The position numbers and the translations under genes are program-made. The notes beneath the pieces are model-generated. The model ran no database searches, was not told the origin of the DNA, and saw only the letters and a program-made list of their open reading frames with translations. Shown one piece after another: positions 29,291 through 40,282 of a DNA stretch of 64,000 nucleotides; position 1 is the first letter of the stretch, and each line of letters begins with the position of its first letter. The stretch is from an uncultured bacterium (GTDB taxonomy: Bacteria; Auribacterota; Erginobacteria; Erginobacterales; Erginobacteraceae), in assembly GCA_963822585.1 (NCBI GenBank), contig CAWGIE010000003.1:1-64000 (forward strand), read 5' to 3'.

Positions 29291-31417
29291 ATGAAGATAA
29301 AGAAAGACCGGGTCATTAAGATCATCAAATCCAAGAAGAATCGGCCCTTGACGACACAGGACATCAGCCGGATGCTCCGTCTCAGGACCGATGAGTACCG
29401 GGACCTTGAGCGCCTGCTCGAGGAGATGGAATCGTCGGGAACCGTCATCCGGGTGAAGGACGGGCGTTTCGCGGTGCCGAAAGAACTGGGATTGGTGGTG
29501 GGCCGGCTGGATGTCAACCCCCGTGGTTTTGGTTTCGTCGAGCCGGAAGACGGCTGCGGGGAGGATATTTATATTCATAAGGAGGACATGGGTATCGCCC
29601 TCCACGGCGATACCGTCCTGGTGAGGCCGGAAAGTCCGCGCCGGGGGCAAAGGCGCCGCAGCCGCGCGGGAAGCGTGGTCAAGGTGATGAAGAGAGGAAG
29701 CGGGGTAATCGTCGGGACTCTGAAGGAGAGCGGCTCTCATTTCTATCTCGTCCCCGACAACCCCTCATTCATCCACGACATCTATGTCGACCGGGCGCAT
29801 ACCGGGGGTGCCGGGCCGGATGAGAAGGTGACGGTCCGGGTCACCGGCTGGCCTTCCCAGCGGCTGAATCCTGAGGGGGAGGTGACCGAGGTTTTGGGAA
29901 GAGCGGGGGTTCCCGAGGTGGATACGCTCTCGACGATCCGGGGGTACGGTTTCCGCGAAGACTATCCTTCCGCCGCCCTGGACGAAGCGGCCCGGGTGCC
30001 GACCCGGATTACGGAGGAGGAGGTGCGATCCCGGATCGACCTCCGGGAAAAGACCATCATTACCGTTGACCCCGCGGACTCCCGCGACTTCGACGATGCG
30101 GTTTCAATCGAGAAGACACCCGACGGGAAGTTTATACTCGGCGTCCATATAGCCGATGTCTCGCACTACGTCAGGGAAGGTTCGGCACTGGAAGCGGACG
30201 CCCGGGAGCGGGGGACCAGTGTCTATCTGCCCACCCGCGCCATCCACATGCTTCCGCCCCGTCTCGCCACCGAGATCTGCAGCCTTCGCCCCGGCGAGGA
30301 CCGATTGACCAAGTCGATCTTTATCATCTTCAGCCCGGAAGGGGAGCGGCTGGATTTTTATTTTCACCGTTCGGTCATCAGATCCCGCCGCCGTTTTACC
30401 TACGAAGAGGTGAGGAAGATTTTAGTGGAGAATGATGCGGCGGCTCGTTCCATCGACCCCACCCTGACCGCCCTTCTGGACGCAATGGCCATACTGGCGC
30501 GCGCTCTTCGGGCGGCCCGCTTCGCCCGTGGCGCCTTCGACCTCGATCTCCCTGAAACGAAGATCATTTTCGATGAAAAGGGTCTGATCTCGGACGTTCG
30601 GCTGGAAGAATCGGACCTGGCCCACTGGCTGATTGAAGAGTTCATGGTGGCTGCCAACGAGGCGGCGGCTGAGTTCCTGGCCGTCCGCCGGGCTCCCCTG
30701 ATCTACCGGGTACACGCGGCGCCGGACGGCGCCGACCTCGATGAGTTCCAGGAGTTCGTTTCGGCATTCGGCTACACGATTAAAAACCCCCGGGACCGGA
30801 AGGAGGTCCAGTCTTTCCTGGATTCGGTCCGGAACACCCCTCTGGCCACGACCCTGCAGACCGCTTTTCTGCGTTCACTGAAGCAGGCGGAATATTCGGC
30901 CCAAAATGTCGGGCATTTCGGCCTGGCCAGCCCCCGTTATGCCTATTTTACCTCACCGATCAGACGTTACCCGGATCTGCACACCCACCGACTGCTGGAG
31001 TATATACTGCAAGGAAAACCGCCCCCCCCGGAGCCGGAATTGAAAGAGCTGGCCCGTCACTGCTCGGAGACGGAACGGATCGCCGAAGAAGCGGAGAGAG
31101 AGATGCTAAAGCTCCGGAAGCTCCAGTTCTTCTCCCGCCATCTGGAAAGAACTGATCGTCCCGTCTTCACCGCCGTTATCACCCGGATCAAAAATTTCGG
31201 CTTTACCGTTTATCTGAACCGCTACCTTTTGTCCGGCCTGGTTCATGTTTCCACCCTGACCGACGACTTCTACCGGGTCGACCGGTCCGGAACCCGTCTC
31301 CGCGGTCGCCGGACCGGGCGGGAGTTTACCGCCGGGGACGTGGTGAAAGTCCGGGTGGAGAAGGTGGACATGGAATTGAAACAGGTGGACTTTATTATTT
31401 TTTCTGCGAAAAAATAA
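29291..31417 (+). CDS. rnr: Ribonuclease R
   Basis: GFGFV cold-shock domain, TVDPADSRDFDDA, IEEFMVAAN, YFTSPIRRYPDL, C-terminal S1. Confidence 0.96.
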   Translation: MKIKKDRVIKIIKSKKNRPLTTQDISRMLRLRTDEYRDLERLLEEMESSGTVIRVKDGRFAVPKELGLVVGRLDVNPRGFGFVEPEDGCGEDIYIHKEDMGIALHGDTVLVRPESPRRGQRRRSRAGSVVKVMKRGSGVIVGTLKESGSHFYLVPDNPSFIHDIYVDRAHTGGAGPDEKVTVRVTGWPSQRLNPEGEVTEVLGRAGVPEVDTLSTIRGYGFREDYPSAALDEAARVPTRITEEEVRSRIDLREKTIITVDPADSRDFDDAVSIEKTPDGKFILGVHIADVSHYVREGSALEADARERGTSVYLPTRAIHMLPPRLATEICSLRPGEDRLTKSIFIIFSPEGERLDFYFHRSVIRSRRRFTYEEVRKILVENDAAARSIDPTLTALLDAMAILARALRAARFARGAFDLDLPETKIIFDEKGLISDVRLEESDLAHWLIEEFMVAANEAAAEFLAVRRAPLIYRVHAAPDGADLDEFQEFVSAFGYTIKNPRDRKEVQSFLDSVRNTPLATTLQTAFLRSLKQAEYSAQNVGHFGLASPRYAYFTSPIRRYPDLHTHRLLEYILQGKPPPPEPELKELARHCSETERIAEEAEREMLKLRKLQFFSRHLERTDRPVFTAVITRIKNFGFTVYLNRYLLSGLVHVSTLTDDFYRVDRSGTRLRGRRTGREFTAGDVVKVRVEKVDMELKQVDFIIFSAKK

Positions 31418-31618
31418 TATGAATGCCGAAATCCGAATGACGAATGACGAAAGAATGACACAAAACGAATTTCTAATGACCGAACACACCCCATTTGCCC
31501 GCTCCGCGTAGCCGAGAGGAATCGGGAATTCGCTCATTTGTCATTCGGATTTCTTTCGTCATTCGTCATTCGGATTTCGTCATTAGTAACGTTGAAAGCA
31601 CCATTTCGTGGCGTGACG

Positions 31619-33220
31619 ATGGGGCATAAACGCGATCTTATCATCCTGCTGGGAATCGTTCTGCTGGCGGCGGCGGTACGGCTCTGGGGGATCGGTTACG
31701 GCCTTCCCTGCACCTATTGCCGTCCCGATGAAGACCGCCTGATCGCGACCGCCTTTCGCCTCTCCCGGGGGGACCTGAATCCGCATTATTTTATCTGGCC
31801 CGGTCTCCCCTTTTACATGACCCGGGTGATTCTGGAGGCCGCGGCCCGGATGTTTCATTTCTTCGGTGGCCGGCCCGGCGTATCCCCGCGTGACCTCTAC
31901 CTGGACCGCCCGGCCTACTTTCATCTGATCCTGAGGTATATCTTCTCCGGATTCGGCCTGGCGACGGTATTCCTTCTCTATCGTCTGGGGCGCCGGCTCT
32001 TCTCGCCGTTTACGGGCCTGCTGGCCTCCTTTTTCCTGGCCCTCTCGTTTCTTCATGTCCGAGACTCGCATTTCGCGATGCTGGATATCCCGGCCACGCT
32101 GCTGGCGGTCGGTTTCTTCCTCGGCGCATGGAATATCCATCGATGGGGAAGGTGGCATGATTACCTCTCGACGGGGATCCTGCTGGGCCTGGCAACCGCC
32201 ACCAAGTACTATGCTGTTCTGCTGGTGTTCCCCCTGGTGACGGCTCATCTCTCCCGGCACGGATCTTCGGGAAAAAGGGACTGGAAACGCGTTGCCGCCT
32301 CCCTGCTTCTGGCGTCGGCGGTTTTCATGGCCGCTTCTCCCTATACGATCCTGGACGCCCCCTCATTCATCAGGGAGGTCAAAGAAGAGATATTTTCCTC
32401 CCAGTTCATCGAGGGATTTCAGCTTGTTCCCGACTTGCGGACCCCCCGGGGCTGGCTTTACCACGTCGTCTTCTCGTTCCGCTTTGGGCTGGGGTGGCCC
32501 CTGGAGATACTCTCCCTGCTGGGGGTCGGATACGCCGCGATTCGCGCGGCTCGGGGAGGAGTGCCGGAGAGGATGATCCTGTCATTTGTGGTCCCTTTCT
32601 ACCTGGCGCTCTCTTTTCAGAAATCCTGTTTCATCCGCTATACGATGCTGCTGTTGCCGTTTCTCTGCCTGCTGGGGGGGAATCTGCTCCAGGCCCTCCG
32701 TTTTCGAGGAAAGTGTTCCGCCGGGATCGTGACACTTCTGGCCGGCGCGATCATGGTGGAACCGGCCGTCCGGGTGGTCGGGCTGGACCGGGTATTGAGC
32801 CGCCCGGACACGCGCACTCTGGCCGGTACCTGGATGGAAGAACACATTCCGCTCACCGCGGTCGTGATCTATCCCCAGCCGTTTATCTTTGGGCGCCCCG
32901 ACGGTTTTTTCCGATATCCCAACCGGGTCAACACACCTCGGGGGGTCTCTCCCGCCGCTATCCGCACCCTGCTGGAGTATGATCGTCCGGGGGGAAAGTA
33001 CGCGGTTATCCATGAAAGTCCGCTCTCATATTCTTCGCCCGATCCGGAGATCGACAGACTGCTGGCGAAGGAGGGACAGATCATCTGGAGAATAAACGCC
33101 GGCAAACCGGCCCGCGGGAGTGCCATTTTCGATCCGTTTGACGCTTTTTACGTGCCCCTGGCGGGTTTTTCGAGAGTGGCTTTTCCCGGGCCGGACATCC
33201 GGGTATACCGATTCCGATAA
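31619..33220 (+). CDS. GT-C fold glycosyltransferase (GT39/PMT_2-like)
   Basis: RPDE motif after TM1, LNPHYFIWP, SHFAMLDIP, ATKYY. Confidence 0.8.
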   Translation: MGHKRDLIILLGIVLLAAAVRLWGIGYGLPCTYCRPDEDRLIATAFRLSRGDLNPHYFIWPGLPFYMTRVILEAAARMFHFFGGRPGVSPRDLYLDRPAYFHLILRYIFSGFGLATVFLLYRLGRRLFSPFTGLLASFFLALSFLHVRDSHFAMLDIPATLLAVGFFLGAWNIHRWGRWHDYLSTGILLGLATATKYYAVLLVFPLVTAHLSRHGSSGKRDWKRVAASLLLASAVFMAASPYTILDAPSFIREVKEEIFSSQFIEGFQLVPDLRTPRGWLYHVVFSFRFGLGWPLEILSLLGVGYAAIRAARGGVPERMILSFVVPFYLALSFQKSCFIRYTMLLLPFLCLLGGNLLQALRFRGKCSAGIVTLLAGAIMVEPAVRVVGLDRVLSRPDTRTLAGTWMEEHIPLTAVVIYPQPFIFGRPDGFFRYPNRVNTPRGVSPAAIRTLLEYDRPGGKYAVIHESPLSYSSPDPEIDRLLAKEGQIIWRINAGKPARGSAIFDPFDAFYVPLAGFSRVAFPGPDIRVYRFR

Positions 33221-33375
33221 CGTTCCCTGCTCATAAAATATATCACATTGGAACTAAATCAATTAAAACCACGAAGGACACGAAGCACACGAAGAATGGT
33301 CAAGAAAAACAAGTTTGTGGCTCAATTTTTGAAGAACCTTCGTGAACTTCGTGTCCTTCGTGGTTCTCAGTAGTT

Positions 33376-34578
33376 TTATTCCAAGGGGATACGTAAGTAC
33401 TCAGGGGAAACCCGTATCAACTCATACAATGTCGCGATGAGGCTTTTGTCCATTCCTGTCCGGTGAGGATCGAAAAATTCCCAGACGATCCTGTTCTCCC
33501 GCGTGACCTCGAAGGCCCGCCCGGTTTCCGATTCGGTGATCAGGGTATTCCCGTTGGGGAGCCGCTGGTTGGATCCGATTAGTTCGGAATAGAATTTATT
33601 CGTGTCGTTCCCCCGGTAGGCCCAGACGATCTCCTGGGTGAGAGGGTTGAACTCGATTACCTTGGACCTCCCGCTGATCGGTGAGTTATCGAAGAGAAGA
33701 ATGTTCCCGTTTTCGAGAACGGTCGGTTGGTGCTGAAGATTCCACATCCCCCAGAGCAACCAGCAAATTTTCTCCTCCACCGGATCCACCAGCGCGATCA
33801 CGCTCAGGTTGCGGATGGATATCAGGATCCGTCCCTTTTTAAAGATCGGCACCTTGCCGGCCAGAGACCCGTCCATGACCTCGATGGTATTGGTATGAAA
33901 GATGTCTCCCCGGGTGCGGGCAAGTGACATCACGAAAGAATAAGGGGAATTCAAAAAGCACTTGATCAGGGAGATGTTCTTTGTCTCGCGGCCCTCCGGA
34001 TCGAGGATGGTGATCATGTCCTCCAGGATGGGGCCGGCTAGTTTCTGACCCGGGTAAGCGGATCGTTCGCGGTGAGTGAGGACATAGATAATCCCGCCGG
34101 CGTCCACGAAGAGGTCGTGATGACATCTCCCCCGGAATATCCAGAGAACCCGGGAGTCTCTGTCCAGTTTGAGCAGCGGCCCCGAGTTTGCTCCCTCTCC
34201 CTCGAAAATTCCCAGCAGGCTGCCGTCGGGGAAGAGATGAGCCCGCCGGCAATGACTCTGCTCCGGCAGTCCGACTTTCTTTGGGACGACCGTCCACCGG
34301 TGAACCGGATGCCCTTGCATGTCGATCAGAAACGCGTCGGGCAGAGCGGCGTCGACGTAAAAATTCCACCCGGGATAGGCGGCCTTCTCATCATACACGG
34401 TCACCCCGGTCTTCGCCGGCGCCGGCCGATACCCCCCCAGGTAAGGGAGACTGCCGATGATCCGGGAATCCGGGGCCGCTCGTTCGCCGCCGGTTTTGGG
34501 GTCCGTCCCACCCGCCGTCGGGAGCAGCAGGGTTGCCAGGAAACAGACGCCGGTCGCCGCCATTCCAACCGTTCTCAT
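33376..34578 (-). CDS. Arylsulfotransferase (ASST-like beta-propeller)
   Basis: CHHDL, DIFHTNTI, QHQP, LFDN, QRLPNGNTLITES motifs; signal peptide. Confidence 0.85.
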   Translation of the reverse strand: MRTVGMAATGVCFLATLLLPTAGGTDPKTGGERAAPDSRIIGSLPYLGGYRPAPAKTGVTVYDEKAAYPGWNFYVDAALPDAFLIDMQGHPVHRWTVVPKKVGLPEQSHCRRAHLFPDGSLLGIFEGEGANSGPLLKLDRDSRVLWIFRGRCHHDLFVDAGGIIYVLTHRERSAYPGQKLAGPILEDMITILDPEGRETKNISLIKCFLNSPYSFVMSLARTRGDIFHTNTIEVMDGSLAGKVPIFKKGRILISIRNLSVIALVDPVEEKICWLLWGMWNLQHQPTVLENGNILLFDNSPISGRSKVIEFNPLTQEIVWAYRGNDTNKFYSELIGSNQRLPNGNTLITESETGRAFEVTRENRIVWEFFDPHRTGMDKSLIATLYELIRVSPEYLRIPLE

Positions 34579-35402
34579 GAGCCCTCCCGCCGGTGGAGTG
34601 CCAGACGGAGAAAGGCGTCGATCTCCTCGCTGTATGCCGGTTCCGACTGAAGAAATCCGTCTCCATGGCCGCCTCGGATCGCCAGAAATTTCTTCGGCTC
34701 GGCCGCGGCCTTGAAAAGACGTTCACCCTGTTCGAAAGGGACCAGCTCATCTTCAGGGCTGTGGATAAAGAGCTTGGGAACGGTAAGTCGTCCGACTTTC
34801 TCCACGGTCTCGTAACGGTCGAAGATCAGGAGCCTGACCGGGAGAAAAGGTGTGATGCGTCTCGCCATATCCAGCGAAGATGTAAAGGATGATTCGCAGA
34901 TCAGCGCGGCGGCCTTTCTCCTGCCGGCTGTTTCAACCGCCACGGCCCCCCCCAGAGATCTTCCGAAGATAACGATCCTCTCGGGAGGGATTTCCCTCTC
35001 CCCGTGCAGGTAATCATAAGCCGCCCCGGCGTCCTGATACGTGCCCTCCTCGGAGGGTCTTCCCCCGCTCCGGCCGAAGCCGCGGTAATCGAAGATGAAG
35101 ACATTGAGGCCGAGCCGGTGAAAGATTTCAATGCTCTCCAGACGATGGCTGATGTTGCCCGCATTCCCGTGGCAGAAGAGCACCGCGCCCCGATTTTCAT
35201 TCGCCGGGACCCACCACCCGTGAACCCGGACACGGTCGGCGGTGGAGAAGAAGACGTCCTCGTAGGCCAGGCCGAGATCGGAGGGCTGGGCTTCCAATTG
35301 CCGCCGGGGAAAATACATCCGGCTCCGTTCGAACGCTTGAATCAGGGCCCGGCCGAGGACACCGGCCAGGATGAGCAGGATAATGAGGATCACTATTGTC
35401 AC
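34575..35402 (-). CDS. Alpha/beta hydrolase (ABHD13/Bem46-like)
   Basis: FCHGNAGNI, DYRGFG, GRSLGG nucleophile elbow, HSPEDE, GGH. Confidence 0.92.
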   Translation of the reverse strand: MTIVILIILLILAGVLGRALIQAFERSRMYFPRRQLEAQPSDLGLAYEDVFFSTADRVRVHGWWVPANENRGAVLFCHGNAGNISHRLESIEIFHRLGLNVFIFDYRGFGRSGGRPSEEGTYQDAGAAYDYLHGEREIPPERIVIFGRSLGGAVAVETAGRRKAAALICESSFTSSLDMARRITPFLPVRLLIFDRYETVEKVGRLTVPKLFIHSPEDELVPFEQGERLFKAAAEPKKFLAIRGGHGDGFLQSEPAYSEEIDAFLRLALHRREGS

Positions 35403-35768
35403 TGCTTCGGGATGTATTATTTTCCCTCCCTGAAATAATAGTTGTATGACCTATGGCCTGAAGAATGTATGTTTCAGGAGGAAAATGTTTGCTTTATCCA
35501 GTGGATCTTTTTAGAGCGTTGCCTCGACGGAATTGTTATCGTATTTGTTTAAAACATAAATGAGCGAACGCAGTGAGCTAATTTATGAAAGAAAACTTGA
35601 TTTTCCGCCAGGACAAATATAATATCATGCCTTCGATTGTTAAATGTCTAATTATGAATAGAGATACCCTGTTCGAAAAAGTTTTCGCGCAGGAAATCCT
35701 GAATATTGTCCCGGACGCTGAGAATAAAGAGAGTCGTCACTGGACCGGCTTCAGGAGGAGGTAAAAGC

Positions 35769-36449
35769 ATGGTTCATCTCAGATTTCGAAGATGTCTGCC
35801 GGCGTGGCTGGGGCTGCTTCTTCTGTCCCCCTGCGCCTACGGCCAGAAAGAGGGAACTTCTGCCGTTGTATCCCGCACGCCCGGTGCGGAGATACAGGCG
35901 CCTGCCGCCCGCCTCGAGAAATCCAAAAGCGGGTCGGTCCTGATCCTGGAAGAAGGGGAAAACGCTGACGTCCCGGTAGAAACGAATGGGAAGGATGACG
36001 GCTTGTCCGGCCGCCCGGCCCGCGCGTTGCCGCCCGATTACCGTGCTTTCCGGGATCAGCATGTCATTTTCTATGTCGAGGATATCCCGGCCGGTCTGGA
36101 GAGCGCGACAAAAGCAGCCATGGACTCCGGGGGGCAGATGATCAGCTATCCGATCAAGGGATTTGAAAATATGGGACCGAATGAGAGGACGCTGGTCTTT
36201 GAATCCCGGGCCTATCCCTCTTTTCTGGCGAAACTGGAGGCCCTGGGAACAGTGGAGAGTCCCGAACTGGGTCGCTCCGATTTTGTCACCGTGCGACTGA
36301 CCGTTCTCGTGAAACCGTCGCCTTCGCCGTCGCCGTCACCTCCCCTCGCCCCCCCGCCGACCGGAGGGGATTACAGCATAATCATCATCTGCGTTGCCGC
36401 TGTTGTCGTCATCCTGGCCCTCGCTCTTTTATTCAGGAAAAAGAAATAA
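35769..36449 (+). CDS. Hypothetical secreted protein with PS-rich linker and C-terminal TM anchor
   Basis: AGGAGG RBS, signal peptide, PSPSPSPSPP, TM followed by RKKK. Confidence 0.7.
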   Translation: MVHLRFRRCLPAWLGLLLLSPCAYGQKEGTSAVVSRTPGAEIQAPAARLEKSKSGSVLILEEGENADVPVETNGKDDGLSGRPARALPPDYRAFRDQHVIFYVEDIPAGLESATKAAMDSGGQMISYPIKGFENMGPNERTLVFESRAYPSFLAKLEALGTVESPELGRSDFVTVRLTVLVKPSPSPSPSPPLAPPPTGGDYSIIIICVAAVVVILALALLFRKKK

Positions 36450-36509
36450 TCATTTGGCATTATTCAAAACGAACCCGCTTCAGGCATAAATCGGGTTAAG
36501 GAGGAGACC

Positions 36510-36989
36510 ATGATCGGTTTTCGATTGCTGGCGATTATTCTGGGGCTGATCTGCCTGGCGTCCGCCGCCGCGCTTGTTCTACATCAATCCCCGCAGCTGG
36601 CCGCGGCGAACACGTTCTTCATCAAGAACTTCATTCCGGATCAGGGGGTACAGCAGTTCATCAAGTCCCCGGCCCCGGATGCCCGGATGGTGAAGAACAT
36701 CATCAAGTATATCTTCAGCGGGTACGCCATCCTTGCCCTGGGCATGGGGCTGCTGTTTTTTTGCGCGGCGGTCAACCCCCTGCGGATGCGCCCCTTCATC
36801 GTGGTGGTGATGGTAGGGTCGATCCTTTGGATCGCGGGGGCGATCTGGAAGGGAACAAGCCTGGATATATATAAAACGTGGTGGATCAGCGATGCCGCCG
36901 GGGCGTTGATTCTCCTGGTCCTGCTGGCCGCCCTTTTTCCGAAAAAGAAAGCTCCCGAACCGACCGCCCCGGAGATGGGGGAGGAGTAA
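36510..36989 (+). CDS. Hypothetical 4-TM membrane protein
   Basis: AAGGAGG RBS; hydrophobic segments. Confidence 0.7.
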   Translation: MIGFRLLAIILGLICLASAAALVLHQSPQLAAANTFFIKNFIPDQGVQQFIKSPAPDARMVKNIIKYIFSGYAILALGMGLLFFCAAVNPLRMRPFIVVVMVGSILWIAGAIWKGTSLDIYKTWWISDAAGALILLVLLAALFPKKKAPEPTAPEMGEE

Positions 36990-37217
36990 GGAAAAGAAGG
37001 GGTAGTATCGTCACCGATACATATCGGTGACTTGCGGGATCAGAATGCCTTCGGCATTCTTTAGTAGTAATTGTAGTATCGCTTCGCTTGGAAAGAAGGG
37101 AATATCAATTTATCCGCAGGATTCCCTTCCGGCAAGCCTCGCCACAGGCGAGGCAATACTCCATTACCCTACAAGGCGAAGCCGATACTGCAAGCTCCGC
37201 ATATATGCGGAGCGATC

Positions 37218-37769
37218 CTACAGTTCTTTTAGCTCCGGGTTGAAGGAAGAAATCTCCTCCGCCGGTTTCCGGGAAGTCCTCTTTTCCGCCCCCGCCGCCG
37301 GGTATCCGAGCGGTATCAGCGCCACCGGCTTTTCCTGCTTCGATAACCCCAGCAGGCCGCTGACGGCCCGGGCGTTAAACCATCCCACCCAGCACGTCCC
37401 CAGACCCAGTTCGGCGGCCTGGAGGACCAGGTGCTCACCGGCGATCCCCAGATCGATCAGGGGATAATGCTTGCCCTGAAAACGGCCGGCCAGGTTCGGT
37501 AGCCGCTTTCCCTTCGTGTTCAGGGCGACGATGATGACAGGCGCCCCGCTGACGAAACCGCTCGGCCGGTAGATCCCGGAGAATGCCGCCCGGCAGATCG
37601 CTTCCCTTTTCACCGGGTCGTCGAAGACAAGAAATCTCCATGGCTGGGCGTTGCAGGCTGAAGGAGCAAGGCGCGCCGCCTCCAGGCAGAGCTCGATCTT
37701 CTCCCACTCCACCGGCCGCCCGGCATATCTCCGGACCGCCCGCCGTTTCTTCACCAATTCCAGGAACAT
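37218..37769 (-). CDS. Nitroreductase family protein
   Basis: RRAVRRY, APSACNAQPW, LGLGTCWVG, IPLGYP. Confidence 0.93.
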   Translation of the reverse strand: MFLELVKKRRAVRRYAGRPVEWEKIELCLEAARLAPSACNAQPWRFLVFDDPVKREAICRAAFSGIYRPSGFVSGAPVIIVALNTKGKRLPNLAGRFQGKHYPLIDLGIAGEHLVLQAAELGLGTCWVGWFNARAVSGLLGLSKQEKPVALIPLGYPAAGAEKRTSRKPAEEISSFNPELKEL

Positions 37770-37809
37770 ATCTCAATAAACCGGTTAAAAGTGTAGCCGG
37801 CTTTGTGCG

Positions 37810-40164
37810 TTATTCGCCTGAAGCCGGTTTGGCATCTGAAGACGTATCCGTCTCTTGATCATTCTGGACATCCGGAATAATCAGTTTCTCCAGGCGAGTT
37901 TTAACCTTATCCTTCAGGTATTCGTCCCACAGTGTTTTCAGGAGTCCGGGCAGGCAGTCTTCGGAAGAATCCCGGCATCGGCCCCTGAATGTCTTTAATA
38001 ACTTGCCCTCGATTCCATCCCCCAGCCCCCGGCTGCTTATATCCAGATCGGGCTCCTCGATACACCGGATAACCCCCAGTTCCCAGTCGATAAATTTGCG
38101 CGGAAATCTCCCTTCGGGAAAAAGCGCGTAAAAATCGTTGAGGAAAGAGTCGAAATCCAGCTTCTTCAACCCTTTCGCCCCCCAGAATCTCTTCTGCTCG
38201 CCTTTTTGCAAGGTACCAAAGGCCAGGCAACCCAGGGGCCCGATCTCCTCGGAAGAATGAAACTTGAAGATGCCGTTTACGTATTCCCGGGAGTCGCCGC
38301 CAAGGGCAAGGGCCAGGCCGCGGCTTATTGTCCAGGGCCACGAATCGCGGAGGAACGCCAGATGGGCGACCCGAGGCAACGCCTGAATAAACTTCTGCAT
38401 ATCAAAGCCTTTTTCTTGGCCAGTATTGTCCGGCGGACGGGGTATGGTGAAAGTTTCCCTGTCCCCGCGGTCAGTTCCGAATAAATCCAGCAACTTACCA
38501 ATTCTTTCCAGGTGGACCGCCAGGTAGATTTCCTTCGCTCTATCGGCATCGTCGTTTTCTGGCCGGTGAACCTTGTCAAGCAGGAGCAGGGCCGCGGCGA
38601 TTAGTATATTATCCACCTCCGAATAATCATTGCCGCATATTTTGAACTCCTCAAGTTTCTTCTCGAAAAACCCGGGCACGGTTTGAACTTTAATGAATGT
38701 CGAATCGCTCTGCGCGGAGAATTGGTGCAGTTCCCCGGAGCCTGCGTTAATCTCCAGTGTCGCCATCTCGGTTTCTCCCCTCAGATAACCGTTGGCGACA
38801 GTCAGGGAAGTCCAGTCGGCCAGACGTCTCTCTAGCTTCCCGATGCTTGCCGGCGCGATGGCGATCTGGAAAGCGAGTATCGGTTCCCCTTCCCCACGCG
38901 GCTTCTTCCAGCCTAAGCCGAATTGAAACGTAGCGGGATCGACTGTCATCGTGAATAAGGCCTGCAGATCCGGTAACACCCGGCAGCCTTTGATCTTCAG
39001 GTGGTCGATGCTCCAATGCAACAGTTCCGTGGTGAGGAAGATCCGGCCCCATTCTTCCACTTCAAGGTATGCGCCCCGCCCGGGGGAAAAGACCAGGGTT
39101 ATATTCACCGGCGGCAGGTCGGGCTTTTTAAACACAGTGCCAGCCAGGGAGATGGACAAAACCAGGTCATTTTGCCAGTTGGCCGCTTCGTAGAACCAGG
39201 CGCGGGACTTCCATAACACGGCTTCGACTTCACTGGTCTCTTCCGTCCAGGAACGGGCATATTCGCTCTCCTCCAAAACGATCTTGATATCCTTCCAATT
39301 TTCACCCGACTCCGAAGCAACCAGTTCAACCTCGTAAGAGAGGTATTTGCCCAGGCTCCACAGCAGATATTTAATCTCCTCTATTTCCAGTTCTCCCACC
39401 ATTTCCCCCGGCTCGGGTGAAAGCAGCGGCCGCAGCTTATCTTCCGGGAGCTTGTCTCCGGCTCCTTCGATGAGTATCTTGCCCAGCCGGCATCCCGGGC
39501 CTTCTTTGATCTCCACCCGGAGCCGGACCTGGAGATCTTCCTTCAGTTCGATCGCCGGTGTTATTTCCGCTTCCAGATAACCCCGCTCCCGGTACAGGCT
39601 GGTTACTGCATCGGCGACCGATTTCAGCGAGACTTCATCCAGCGGCGCGGGCTGGTCCAGCGGCCAGATGATTTCCGGTTCCTTCTCGTGCTGCCCAAGG
39701 GTCGTGTAGTATTTAAATGACCGAGGCCTTGTGGTGGTGATGAGTCTTTCCACGATCTGATCCCGGGTGATACCCTCGTTCCCGGAGACGATAATTTCCC
39801 CCGTCCGGTAACGCGGTCCTTCCGCAATGAGGACACTAATTGCCCCTTTTTCGGTTGGTTCGGCGGAGACCTCTGCTTTCCCGAATCCGGCCCGGAGATA
39901 ACCTGCCCGGATATTCTTGTTTAAGTAGTCGCAAAAATCCTGGAGCGGCGCGTAAGAGCTGCCTTTCAGCCAGAAATCGAGATCACTGGTAAGCTCTTGC
40001 GTGATATCTTCCCGGCTGAATGTATGGTCGCCCCGGAACTCAATTTCGTCTGGATCGCCCCGCTTCCCGACCGTGTCTTCGGATGGGAAAGCGATATTCC
40101 CGGCGATCGATCCGGCGGCCACCAAACTGACGATAATTAAAGCCCGGCCAATCGAGGGTTTCAT
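37810..40164 (-). CDS. Exported POTRA-domain protein without a recognisable C-terminal beta-barrel
   Basis: IEFRGDHTFS, YLRAGF, IAEGPRY.TGEIIVSGN, YRERGY, IKEGP repeats. Confidence 0.7.
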   Translation of the reverse strand: MKPSIGRALIIVSLVAAGSIAGNIAFPSEDTVGKRGDPDEIEFRGDHTFSREDITQELTSDLDFWLKGSSYAPLQDFCDYLNKNIRAGYLRAGFGKAEVSAEPTEKGAISVLIAEGPRYRTGEIIVSGNEGITRDQIVERLITTTRPRSFKYYTTLGQHEKEPEIIWPLDQPAPLDEVSLKSVADAVTSLYRERGYLEAEITPAIELKEDLQVRLRVEIKEGPGCRLGKILIEGAGDKLPEDKLRPLLSPEPGEMVGELEIEEIKYLLWSLGKYLSYEVELVASESGENWKDIKIVLEESEYARSWTEETSEVEAVLWKSRAWFYEAANWQNDLVLSISLAGTVFKKPDLPPVNITLVFSPGRGAYLEVEEWGRIFLTTELLHWSIDHLKIKGCRVLPDLQALFTMTVDPATFQFGLGWKKPRGEGEPILAFQIAIAPASIGKLERRLADWTSLTVANGYLRGETEMATLEINAGSGELHQFSAQSDSTFIKVQTVPGFFEKKLEEFKICGNDYSEVDNILIAAALLLLDKVHRPENDDADRAKEIYLAVHLERIGKLLDLFGTDRGDRETFTIPRPPDNTGQEKGFDMQKFIQALPRVAHLAFLRDSWPWTISRGLALALGGDSREYVNGIFKFHSSEEIGPLGCLAFGTLQKGEQKRFWGAKGLKKLDFDSFLNDFYALFPEGRFPRKFIDWELGVIRCIEEPDLDISSRGLGDGIEGKLLKTFRGRCRDSSEDCLPGLLKTLWDEYLKDKVKTRLEKLIIPDVQNDQETDTSSDAKPASGE

Positions 40165-40282
40165 TGTGCTACTCTTTTTCTAACAAGTTGGCGCCGTCAG
40201 GCATTGCTATGGGGAGCCGGAAGTCGGTATTTCAGTTCACGTATTCGACTATACTTATCGGATGAAGAATGCTCTGAATTGA

